Source: a virus
Lineage: Duplodnaviria; Caudoviricetes
Direction: 5' to 3' (one strand)
IMG/VR virus record: IMGVR_UViG_3300037313_001227
Coordinates: 1-61,084 of that record
DNA length: 61,084 nt
Part shown: positions 27,701 through 35,961 of the stretch, piece by piece
Position numbering within the stretch: the first letter of the stretch is position 1
How the letters are laid out: each line of letters opens with the position of its first letter
The notes under the pieces: model-generated
The model's database searches: none
The model's input: only the letters and a program-made list of their open reading frames with translations
What the model was told of the DNA's origin: nothing
Position numbers and translations under genes: made by a program

Positions 27701-30700
27701 GCATAATGCTCCTCAATTGCCTTTTCGCCGGCCCAGCCGAGCGCGAAGCGCCGCACCTTGCCCCGGACACCGTCGGTGTTGACGGTACTCTCTGCGGCAC
27801 CGATCGCACTCCGGACAGTCTCACCGACACGCTCGCTAAGCGCAACAGGGGAGCTCACGTCCTGCTGTTTACCGATTTCCTGCCCAGAGACGATTGCAGC
27901 ATGCGCCTGCGCCAGGATCGCCTGAACCTCAGCCCCGGTGTAGGCCAGGTTAAAGCCCAGCTTACGGCCGAACTCACGCACCAAATGCGTGAGTTTTTCC
28001 CACACAGTCGCACTGACAACACCCTGCTCAGACCCTTCTGCAAGGATCTCTTCCACGGCGTTGCGTTGACGCTCGGCGTCTGGCCGGTCTGCCCACTTGC
28101 CGGTCGCATCGAGATATTCATCAGCAACCGCTCGCATGCCGGCATTGGTGCGATAAATATTGCCCAGCAGTGCATCTAGGCGCTCACCAAAGGCGGCCTG
28201 CAGGCCGCGGTGTCCTAGCAGCTCGTGGTAAACCGTTGCCTTCACATCTTCAGGCGAGCTGTGGTTTCCGGCGATGATGTGCATCGTGTCTGCTGCAGGA
28301 TCATAGACGCCCTTGACTGTATCGCTCGACAGCCGCGCGCGGATCGCGTCCGGCACGTTGTCGATGTTGTCGTACACAATCGTGCTGGTGCCAGAGCGCC
28401 ACTTGCCGGTAATCGCTCCAATCGTCGACTTGGCGTCCGCCGCAGTGACACCTGATGCGGTCGCTTCACCGACACGCTCCTTGGCGCGCCCTGGTAGTCC
28501 TGCCACGACATCGTCGTACTTGCCCTGCTGCAGCTTAGACGTAAGATCAATGAAGTCGCGCTGGGTGATATCGCCGGATTGGAACGCTCCGCGCACCTCA
28601 TTTTTCAGCAGCAAGTGCTTCTGCGCCAACGAGGTTGCCTCGCGCTTTTGCGCACCGCTGCGCAGTGCTTGCTCAGCGCGTGCGGTCTGCGCTGCTTCGC
28701 GGTTCATGCGCGCCTGCGCCATCGCTGTGCTCGGCAGCACCTCGACACCCTTGAACGGCTCGCTCGGCTTGGCCGCGGGTTGCTGAAACAGCGGCTTGCC
28801 TTCGCGCACCTGCTGCACCGCGTCGATCACTTCGCGCGACGGAGCGCCGTCGCGAACCATCTGCTTAAGCTGTGCAATCTCGCTCGGCTTGAGCGACGCC
28901 GACACGCCGAGGCTGTCGACCACCTTGTTGAGCACCTGCTGGCGGCTCTGCTCACCGCTGACGTTGACGGTCGTCGCCAGCGTTGTCGGAGTGCCGCGGA
29001 GCTTGCCCGTCGCGCCTTCGGTGAACTCGGGAGCAGCAACCTTCGGGATCGCCCACTCGTGGCCGGCCATGTACGCCTTGGCCTGCTCGGGCGTCATCGA
29101 CGCCGGCACCTTGTCGACCGACGATGCGCGGGCGCCGCGTTCGAACGCCGCCGCCTGACCGCTGAACCCGTTCTCAACCGCGCCCTGGACCGCTTCCTCG
29201 GTCGGGATCGTGGCGCGGCCGACCTTCTGGCCGAGCGGCGTGAGCTGGAGCTTGTCGTCGAGAATACCCAACCGCTGGCCGAGCGTCTCGAGCCCGTCGC
29301 GCGTGCCCTGCTCCTGCGGCCCTTCGCCACCGAGCGCCTTGTAGACCGCGGTCAGTCCCTCCCGGGCGTTGCCCGGGTTCATCTCGCGCAGCGCGTTGAC
29401 CGCCGTACCTGGCAGACCCTTGAGCGCTGCCTGCCACTTGGCCGCAAAAGCAGGATCACCCCCTCCCTCGTTGGCCGGTGCCGCCGGCGCAGTGGTTGTC
29501 GTTGAGATGTCGGCTACGGGGGCACTGGCTCCGGTTTCTGCTTGAACTCGCGATTGCGAGGCTTCCACCGGCGCTGCTGCATCTAGGTCCACCCCTGCTT
29601 GCTTGAGCCTGTCCACCAAAGCGATATCGCCCTGCGCGACCGCCTTACGGTTGTACCGTTCGCGAGCGATGGCGACGACGTCGTCGAGCGTCTTGGCGCC
29701 GGCATAAGCGCGGCGCGTCGTGATGCCCTTGAGCAGATCTGCGATGTCGGTGTTCGTCGAGACGGGAGCACCGGTATTGCTGGCCGCCCCCCCGATGCTG
29801 GTCAGATTGGGCTCAACCGTCTCGACTGCCGGTTGATTTACATTATCAACCCTTGCGGAACCATTACGCAGCTGCAACTCCTGATCGACCAGATCGAGGA
29901 TGTTGGCATGCTCGTCGCTGAGCTGGGGCTTGTTGAGCAGCGCGTTCTGGGCCGACTGCAGCTCCTCGATCGTGCTGTTGCGGAATGGCCGTGACGTATC
30001 GTCCGGCTGCTGGGAAGCGAGGTAGCTGTCGTTGACCGTAGTCGCGCGCGCCTCACCCGTCGGCGACACCTGCACCACGTCGTTGGGGCCGACACCACCG
30101 CTGGTCTGACCCGGTGCCGGGAGACCGAGCACCTGGTCGACAATGCCCTTGATGTCGTCAGTCTGCAGATCCGCAGCCGGAACCTCCTTGACCGCGCGCA
30201 AGGTCTGCTCGTGTGGCTGACCGCCAAGAGCCGCGGCGCCGCCACCAAAGACACCGCCCACCGCGCCGCCGGTGACCGCGGCAGTGACGATGTTCGACAG
30301 TTTCTGCTGTGTCGTCAGGTCGGGTCGGAACGACTGCTCCATTGCCGTCTGGACGCCCTCCTGGACGACCTCCGAGGCCGAACCGACCAGACCCGCCGTG
30401 ATCGCCCGCTTGGCGATACCGCCCTTGAGGCCCTGCTTGAACAGTCCGGCCACTTCGGCCGGCTCGACCGCATCGAGCGCCGCATAGAACGGCGACATGA
30501 CCGCAGCGCGCACCGCGTCGGCATGGGTAGCGCCGTTCGGCTGGTTCTGCGCCTCCTGGTACATCTGGCCGAACGCCAGCGGGGTACCAACGACCTCGGC
30601 GCCGAGCGCGGTCTGGGCGAAATTCTTGCCGGCCTCAAGGGCCGCTGCCTGGGCAGCCTCATCCATACCGGCACGCAGGCCACCGCCGCCGAGCACCTTG

Positions 30701-31122
30701 GGGACGCGCGCAGCGACGCTCTGCAGCGCTTCAGGGGCCTCGACACCGGCCCGCGCCAGTCCACGCCCGCCGAGGATGTACGCCGCCATGAGCGGCACCT
30801 GCTTGGCCGCCTGGTACTCGAGCCACGGCACAACGCCAGGGCCACCCTGTGTGAACGGCAGCTGCTCGAGATCGGGCCGGCTGTAGCTCGGCGCTGCCGC
30901 CGCGGTGTAATCCTGGATCCCGCGGCCGACATTCTCGATCCCGGGTGAACCGAACAGCTTGCCTGCACCGGCCACCGCGGCGCCGGTCGAGCCGCCGAGC
31001 ACGTCGAGCACACCGCGCACCACGCCCGAGGTAATCGGGCCATGCGCCGGCTGCTCCGGCGCCGCTGGGTTGAGCGTCGGAAGAAGGTCTGGGTCGAGTG
31101 GAAGCAACCCAGGCTGAGCCAT
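24706..31122 (-). CDS. large internal virion/ejection protein (2138 aa, polyvalent-like)
   Basis: Size; Gly/Ala-rich N-terminus; YHELLGH...EE zincin-like motif; helical C-terminus. Confidence 0.75.
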   Translation of the reverse strand: MAQPGLLPLDPDLLPTLNPAAPEQPAHGPITSGVVRGVLDVLGGSTGAAVAGAGKLFGSPGIENVGRGIQDYTAAAAPSYSRPDLEQLPFTQGGPGVVPWLEYQAAKQVPLMAAYILGGRGLARAGVEAPEALQSVAARVPKVLGGGGLRAGMDEAAQAAALEAGKNFAQTALGAEVVGTPLAFGQMYQEAQNQPNGATHADAVRAAVMSPFYAALDAVEPAEVAGLFKQGLKGGIAKRAITAGLVGSASEVVQEGVQTAMEQSFRPDLTTQQKLSNIVTAAVTGGAVGGVFGGGAAALGGQPHEQTLRAVKEVPAADLQTDDIKGIVDQVLGLPAPGQTSGGVGPNDVVQVSPTGEARATTVNDSYLASQQPDDTSRPFRNSTIEELQSAQNALLNKPQLSDEHANILDLVDQELQLRNGSARVDNVNQPAVETVEPNLTSIGGAASNTGAPVSTNTDIADLLKGITTRRAYAGAKTLDDVVAIARERYNRKAVAQGDIALVDRLKQAGVDLDAAAPVEASQSRVQAETGASAPVADISTTTTAPAAPANEGGGDPAFAAKWQAALKGLPGTAVNALREMNPGNAREGLTAVYKALGGEGPQEQGTRDGLETLGQRLGILDDKLQLTPLGQKVGRATIPTEEAVQGAVENGFSGQAAAFERGARASSVDKVPASMTPEQAKAYMAGHEWAIPKVAAPEFTEGATGKLRGTPTTLATTVNVSGEQSRQQVLNKVVDSLGVSASLKPSEIAQLKQMVRDGAPSREVIDAVQQVREGKPLFQQPAAKPSEPFKGVEVLPSTAMAQARMNREAAQTARAEQALRSGAQKREATSLAQKHLLLKNEVRGAFQSGDITQRDFIDLTSKLQQGKYDDVVAGLPGRAKERVGEATASGVTAADAKSTIGAITGKWRSGTSTIVYDNIDNVPDAIRARLSSDTVKGVYDPAADTMHIIAGNHSSPEDVKATVYHELLGHRGLQAAFGERLDALLGNIYRTNAGMRAVADEYLDATGKWADRPDAERQRNAVEEILAEGSEQGVVSATVWEKLTHLVREFGRKLGFNLAYTGAEVQAILAQAHAAIVSGQEIGKQQDVSSPVALSERVGETVRSAIGAAESTVNTDGVRGKVRRFALGWAGEKAIEEHYAPQFTIPEGNGVVERRAAMNSKHAMSSRMSQPVTEAKDTVDRLKRTNPKAHEAINQLMQLSQYGLNPLRGWDKQSEEVRTAKNAANLKSILRDAASKVRSLSSTNNLQVYHDLRALNDIAILAPKATGLHLDVTADKISGNLIPAFKTAPMDEFMAKAASEEMDIQGTRNFWRQAIIDRINALNIFLSAQKQKADSMKGRERSELTDHIARLETGAQDLGALLKRLEDVPYFHLGRDGEYFVDMKLRTLTDGSVDPKALAAAAEHLAEFGRVISSESNQDHIYIRVKDEVAQRNLLEAAERLQKMGVVRRDAKDASTGKVEHAIQSGKRDDSRLRSSFGPRWLNSYIQRIEGDDTLNAADKKRLIDTARTAALDIMPDNSLSKVMTQRNAVPGFDPNMFDSFFDRQKIGIDAHVGMAVAPKITEAFGKMRLAVDRAQGSSLDKTDINTRNGMTEVVDELSRRDAERPMVERTPVIDAVRQATNTWALGLSPAFVAMQVVQIPQLVYPRLGAKYGFVKAAKAMSGSTSQALAIMRQVFRDGYDISAARSFDAVISLGALQRAGVGKSTAEYLMHLANTGQLDIGGPNRELTRAVDGSEESPLNKVQRLASAPGYYAETFSRVLTALAHYKLNSELSPYDAAQAAAPFIEDTLWNYAQDMQGRMFGKRGVFGAYTPLATQFMTYTSQLVQRFYLDMHTAIAGDDPKLRSEARKFLLAHVAATTVFAGSLGLPFATLFAAAFDKLKDLGDDDGQPSNIQAAYRNWLTDLFGHDIEEVIAKGAPRAAGVDISQRVGEQDIFPFSKFISDRRALKDRVKDLAVRSWGAPASFASQALQGGETIMDGNVIDGMAQLLPVGLGSLVKSYRMTEKGYVDGNGKQLPISTPSTNAILTQALGFAPADLAYYRERKRDAGVRKDQLTRQASNLRSQLADALISGDQDNARDLFGQVQQFDSANPAFAVMPSVEGSIRQRMRAQARAQALGLPLGVDIKDIAGQQAIRY

Positions 31123-32078
31123 CAGTAACCGGACTCCTGCGCCGCGGCGCGTCGAGCATCCTCGATCTGTTGCGCTGTCATCAGGTCAAGCGGGTTCTGG
31201 CCGAGCACCGAGAGCATGTCCTGGCGCTGCTGCATGATCGCCTGGTTCTGCAGCGCCTGGGCGCGAGCGATGTCGCCGGCGGCCTTGGCCTGCTGCGCCT
31301 GGGTAATCAGCGCGTTGTAACCCGCGTTGCTCGAGCTCATCAGCGCCTGCGCGGCGATGTCCTTGTAGGTCGCTGGGTGCCGCATCTCGGGCGACGTCTT
31401 GGACACGAAGTCGCCGATCGCGCCGAGCTGGTTGAGACTGATCTTGCCACCCTGCGCCGCGGCCACCTGGCCGATCAGCGCATCGAGCGGGCTGAGCTTC
31501 TCAGGCGCTGCAGGTGCGGCCGCCTTCGGCTGAGCCTTGGCTTGCGGTTGCGCCTTGGGCTGCGCGGCAGGTTTCGCTGCGCCGGCCGAGCTCGTCGCCG
31601 AGCCGCCATAGTCCGCCAAAGCTGCGAGCGGACCGCCAACCAGTGCGGCGCCGGTCAGGAACGGGTGTGCCTTGACCGCGGCCGCGACGTTCTGGCCAAT
31701 CGCGCCGGTGACCGTCGGCACTTCACCGAGGCCGAGCCGCGAGTAAAAATTGGCGCGGCCGGGATTGACGAAGCCCATGACCGCTCGCTCTGCCGCCGGC
31801 GCAGCCTCGGCGATGCGCGGCACGGCGCGAACCGCCGCCGGCGCGGCACGCACGGCCTTGATCCCGCTCGAAATGACACCGCCCGGCGCGAAGAAACCGG
31901 CGACATTGGCGACCGAGCCACCGAAACCCTGATTGGCCTTGGACTGCGCCACCTGCGCGTCGGTTGCGTCCGCGATCCGCGGATCGCCGAACTGGCGCTG
32001 GGCCCACTCAGGGATGCCGGCGCCAGCAGAATGTAGGTAGACACGCGCGAGATCCGCAGCGTCCTGAAGCACCCCCAT
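31122..32078 (-). CDS. putative internal virion protein
   Basis: Ala/Gly-rich; TGATG-coupled to the large protein. Confidence 0.6.
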   Translation of the reverse strand: MGVLQDAADLARVYLHSAGAGIPEWAQRQFGDPRIADATDAQVAQSKANQGFGGSVANVAGFFAPGGVISSGIKAVRAAPAAVRAVPRIAEAAPAAERAVMGFVNPGRANFYSRLGLGEVPTVTGAIGQNVAAAVKAHPFLTGAALVGGPLAALADYGGSATSSAGAAKPAAQPKAQPQAKAQPKAAAPAAPEKLSPLDALIGQVAAAQGGKISLNQLGAIGDFVSKTSPEMRHPATYKDIAAQALMSSSNAGYNALITQAQQAKAAGDIARAQALQNQAIMQQRQDMLSVLGQNPLDLMTAQQIEDARRAAAQESGY

Positions 32079-32840
32079 TTAAGCCCCCCAGCTCCATCCG
32101 CCCTGCCCAAACCCCCAAGGTTGGGGCGAAAACAGCTTACGCATTACCAGATTTTTTGCTTCGGCAACATGGCTTTCGAACGACTGGCGATATGCCTCCG
32201 CGCGCGCCGGGTTGCCGGCATCGACGTCGGCAATGCGCAGCGCCAGATAAGCCGCATAGTCGAGCATCTCGATATGGTGGTCGGACGGCACCTCGGGTAC
32301 CGCGGAGAGATTGTTGATGGTCAGCTCGTCGAGCGGCCGGCGCACCACACGCAGCTTGATCAGCGTCCCGTCGGCCGCGTCATCCGGCACCGGGAAGATG
32401 CGCATCGACACCGTGCTCGTAGTGCCCTCATCGTCGTAGACCACCTGCTCGTCGGTGCTGTACGCCAGCGATGCACCCGGCTGCCACGACAGGCAGTTGC
32501 TGTCCCACACCATCGTCGACGGGTTGCGGTAAGACCCGAGGATCGAATGTCCGACCCGCACCAGGTCCGCCTGCCGGTCGCTGATCCGCGCCGAAACCAC
32601 CGATAGGATCGAGTCATGTAGGGTATAGGTGTCGGTGCCGCTCTCGAGCGTGACGTTGACGACCTCGGTCGTGGTTGCGTCGCGGATGACGAACGCCCGC
32701 CGCGCAAAACGCTTATGGGCCTCGTTGATGTAGCGGACCAGAGTGGCGTCAGACCACAGCTTGTCGTCGGCACCGGTTGAAGTGCCGCGATCGTACAGCA
32801 TGTTCTCGCGCAGCTCGTCGAGCAATTCTTGCAGGTTCAT
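32079..32840 (-). CDS. head-tail adaptor/tail tubular A-like protein
   Basis: WSD..L..YINEA, IFPVPD and PEVP..HH..M..YAAY.A motifs. Confidence 0.7.
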   Translation of the reverse strand: MNLQELLDELRENMLYDRGTSTGADDKLWSDATLVRYINEAHKRFARRAFVIRDATTTEVVNVTLESGTDTYTLHDSILSVVSARISDRQADLVRVGHSILGSYRNPSTMVWDSNCLSWQPGASLAYSTDEQVVYDDEGTTSTVSMRIFPVPDDAADGTLIKLRVVRRPLDELTINNLSAVPEVPSDHHIEMLDYAAYLALRIADVDAGNPARAEAYRQSFESHVAEAKNLVMRKLFSPQPWGFGQGGWSWGA

Positions 32841-32876
32841 CGACGAGCTCCCCCCAAAGCTCTTGAGAGGTAGATG

Positions 32877-33215
32877 CTACTCCGTAACGTCTGGCGCCGC
32901 AACACGCGTGTAGGGAAAGCGCATGCGCTCGCGATGGCCGATAACGCGCCTGGTCGACGGATCAATCACCGGCATCGAGACCACGGCGTGATCGAGGATC
33001 TCGAGAATGCTCGCGTCGACATGCACGGGCTCGCCCGGCTTGATCAGCGTGCCTTCGCCGTTGAGGCCGAAAAACTGTCCGGTCGGCGGGATTTCTTCAT
33101 TCTCTTCGAGCCGGATCCAGACACGCTCGCGAGAAGGCTTGGCGCGCTTGGCCCGGGGTGCAGATGCCGGTGCGGGGCCGAGATTGCTGCCCAGCTCGTC
33201 GTTGTCATCGCTCAT
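32877..33215 (-). CDS. hypothetical virion-associated protein
   Basis: Follows the capsid genes; GLNG...IKPGEPV.V...RFPY. Confidence 0.6.
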   Translation of the reverse strand: MSDDNDELGSNLGPAPASAPRAKRAKPSRERVWIRLEENEEIPPTGQFFGLNGEGTLIKPGEPVHVDASILEILDHAVVSMPVIDPSTRRVIGHRERMRFPYTRVAAPDVTE

Positions 33216-33233
33216 AGGAGGGTCCTCTTTACA

Positions 33234-33273
33234 AAAATGGGTGGAGGGCCAATCGGATAAACCCCTCCACCCC
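33234..33273 (-). terminator. Rho-independent terminator
   Basis: Minus strand GGGTGGAGGG...CCCTCCACCC followed by ATTTTT. Confidence 0.7.
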
Positions 33274-33281
33274 GTGACGAA

Positions 33282-33599
33282 TTACCGGCGGCAGATGAAC
33301 TTCAGCGCCTTGCCGCTCGCGCAGAGCGTCGCCGACAGCGTCACCGTGCCGTCGCTGTTGATGACGATTGCCGAACCGGTGTCGACAGTCAGCGTGCCTG
33401 CCGTGACCGTCTTGATCGAGTTCGCGGCCGCCATCGGGTCGAACTTCTCCCACTTGGTCGCGTCGGTCTCGTTGATGACGATGACCTGCAGCGGCACGAA
33501 CCCACAAGTGATCGTGTTCGCTGCGGCATCGCCGGTCAGCGATCCCGTCACGACATTGACGATCCCGTCGGCCCGCTTCGAAAGAGTAACAGTTGCCAT
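33282..33599 (-). CDS. putative capsid decoration protein
   Basis: Directly after the major capsid gene; CGFVP.QV.V.N motif. Confidence 0.55.
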   Translation of the reverse strand: MATVTLSKRADGIVNVVTGSLTGDAAANTITCGFVPLQVIVINETDATKWEKFDPMAAANSIKTVTAGTLTVDTGSAIVINSDGTVTLSATLCASGKALKFICRR

Positions 33600-33659
33600 C
33601 TCAAAATCCCCCTTGAAAGCTATGCGAAGGAGGGGGCCATCACAGCCCCCTCACCCCAG

Positions 33660-34688
33660 TTAGGCCGTCGCCGCCACCTCGAGGCGCGCCATGAACGCGT
33701 CCTGGAGAATGACCGTCGCCGTCCACAGCTTCCAACCGACCGTGCCGCGCTGAGCGAGCGGGTCGCCGGGAGCCGGCTTCGGATTGACCACCATCGGCGT
33801 CATCGCGCTCTTGCCTTTCAGCGGAACGATACCGAAGGCATCGCGGCCGAAGTACAGGATCGGATACACGTCGGCGCTGGTGCCGCTGGTCGAGCGCATC
33901 GAGCCCTTGGCGCCGCCGGCATCGGCGAACGGTGCCAGGACCGTCGAGCTCAGGTAGCGCACCTGCTCGATCGACCCGATCTCACCCTCCATCGGCGAGG
34001 TGTGCGGGCCGTAGTCCGCCACCGGCTTGAAGCCGCTGATGTTGCGCAGATCGGACTCGATGTCCGGATGGCACACCGCCATGTAGGCCGCTTCGACCGA
34101 CTTCGTACCGTAATCCGGATTGGACGCCACGACCGAGCTGATCTTCTTCGCGTTCTGGCGGTTGAGCGCCGTGGTCACGCGACGCTGGTCAGCCAGCGCG
34201 ATCGCCGCAACGACCGAAGAACGGCCGGCAACACTGTTCGCGTAGAACACGTTGGTGCCCGCCTTCAGCACGTTGAAGCGCAGCGTCTCGACGGTCAGCG
34301 CAGCCTGCTCACCGAGGATATCGGTGGTCTGGCCGAGCACGTCGTCGGTGTGGGTGTCGAGGATCACGTCGGTGATCGTGACGAAGTCGCCGTACTGCGC
34401 CAACTGGACCGAATAGTCCTGGTTGGCGATCGAGTTACCGGACGGCGTCACACCTTCGACCAGCGGCGTGGTCGCCACCGGGGTGTAATAGCTGCCCGAG
34501 CCCGACCCGGCCGCGCCCGTGGCGCCGGTCAGGAAGTAACGGCGGAATTTGGCAGTCTGCGTCGAGTTCTGCGGCAGCGGATACGTCTGGCCGAAGCGCT
34601 CGAGCTGCAGGTACGGCATCGCACGGTTGAGCATCCGGACAACCGAATAGGCTGCAACCGCCGGCGAAATGTCGCCATATGAAACCAT
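33660..34688 (-). CDS. major capsid protein (N4-gp56 type)
   Basis: PLVEGVTP, QYG.F..ITD, EGEIG.I..VRY, DPLAQRGTVGWK. Confidence 0.9.
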   Translation of the reverse strand: MVSYGDISPAVAAYSVVRMLNRAMPYLQLERFGQTYPLPQNSTQTAKFRRYFLTGATGAAGSGSGSYYTPVATTPLVEGVTPSGNSIANQDYSVQLAQYGDFVTITDVILDTHTDDVLGQTTDILGEQAALTVETLRFNVLKAGTNVFYANSVAGRSSVVAAIALADQRRVTTALNRQNAKKISSVVASNPDYGTKSVEAAYMAVCHPDIESDLRNISGFKPVADYGPHTSPMEGEIGSIEQVRYLSSTVLAPFADAGGAKGSMRSTSGTSADVYPILYFGRDAFGIVPLKGKSAMTPMVVNPKPAPGDPLAQRGTVGWKLWTATVILQDAFMARLEVAATA

Positions 34689-34717
34689 TGTCTGTCCCCC
34701 CTAGAACAAAGTCGCAA

Positions 34718-35722
34718 TCAAGCCGCGGGTTTTGAGAACTGCGCCCAGGCGTCGTCGAAACTCGCCGGATCCGCTGGTGCTTGAACCCCCGATCGTTTGG
34801 ACTCGACTGGTGCCAGGGCTGCAGCCGCTTGCTTGGCCTCGCCGGACAGCTCGTTGTCCTTCCCGGGCTTGGCCGGTGCCGGCGCCGCCCCCGCGGCCGC
34901 CTTGCCGGTTTCCACCCGGTACCGCGTCACGAGGTCCTTGACCTCTTCAGCAGTGCCCTGTTCTATAACGTGATTATAGGCGGCCTGTAAATAGGCTGGC
35001 TGCTTTGCCGCCCAGTCAACCACCTGCTGACGTAGATCGTCGCTATAGTCGGGCACGTTGGTCTTGATGTCGGTGAGGTGCGTGCGCTCGGCCAGCACCG
35101 CGGTCGTCTCCCTGAGCGGGGCGACGAACTTGCCGACTTCCTCGAACACGTACTGCAGCAGGTCGCGATACTCGGCCTTGCGCTTGAGCGCCTCGCCGCG
35201 GGCGATCTCCGCATAGTCCTTGTCGTAGTTGGTGAGGAACTCCTGCTCCTCCTGGTTGTAGATCGGCGGCAGCTCCTGCGGCTGCTCAGCCGGTGCTTCG
35301 GCGGCCGGCTGAGCCTGGGGCTCGGTCTTGGCGTCGGCAACCAGCTTGCTCAGCTTGGCGAGGACGTCTTCTCCGTCGGGCTGGGCTGCTGCAGCAGGCT
35401 CTGCTGCCGGCGCGGGCGCTGCCGGCGCACCGCCTGTCCCAGCATCTCCGCCCTCAGCCGCTGGCGCACCGCCATCCTGTGCAGCCGCGCCTTCCGATGC
35501 GCCTTGATCGCCTCCACCAGCGTCAGCAGCAGGATCAGCCCCACCGCCATCAGATCCCCCAGCAGCCACGGCTGGGCTTGGCTCAGATCCCCCATTGCCA
35601 CCCCCGTCTGCGGCAGGTGCTCCCCCGTCGGCGCCCGCCGGTGCCGCGTCCGCGGGCTTATTGTCGTCCGGCGTCGCGAACTGCGCGAAGGCCGCGTCAA
35701 AGTCGTCGTTTTCGAGTGCCAT
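34718..35722 (-). CDS. capsid scaffolding protein
   Basis: Acidic, low-complexity; upstream of the capsid gene; FD.A(F/W)AQF at both termini. Confidence 0.7.
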   Translation of the reverse strand: MALENDDFDAAFAQFATPDDNKPADAAPAGADGGAPAADGGGNGGSEPSPAVAAGGSDGGGADPAADAGGGDQGASEGAAAQDGGAPAAEGGDAGTGGAPAAPAPAAEPAAAAQPDGEDVLAKLSKLVADAKTEPQAQPAAEAPAEQPQELPPIYNQEEQEFLTNYDKDYAEIARGEALKRKAEYRDLLQYVFEEVGKFVAPLRETTAVLAERTHLTDIKTNVPDYSDDLRQQVVDWAAKQPAYLQAAYNHVIEQGTAEEVKDLVTRYRVETGKAAAGAAPAPAKPGKDNELSGEAKQAAAALAPVESKRSGVQAPADPASFDDAWAQFSKPAA

Positions 35723-35727
35723 TGTTA

Positions 35728-35961
35728 CTACTCCTTGGTCGTCGGGGATGACGTCGTGATCGCCCGGTGCAGCCGCAGCAGCGCCTTGGCTTCGCCCTGA
35801 AGCCGCAGCGTGTCATCGCCGCTGGCTTCGATCAGGCTGTCCTTGGCGTCCTCGATCAGCAGGGTCAGCAACTCCTTGACTCCTACCGCATCGGGCAGCG
35901 ATGACCGGTAGAGGTCATTCGCCAGCTTTGCCGCTCTTGCCTTGCGATCCTGTTTCGTCAC
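35728..35961 (-). CDS. small protein between portal and scaffold
   Basis: LRLQGEAKAL motif; position. Confidence 0.6.
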   Translation of the reverse strand: MTKQDRKARAAKLANDLYRSSLPDAVGVKELLTLLIEDAKDSLIEASGDDTLRLQGEAKALLRLHRAITTSSPTTKE

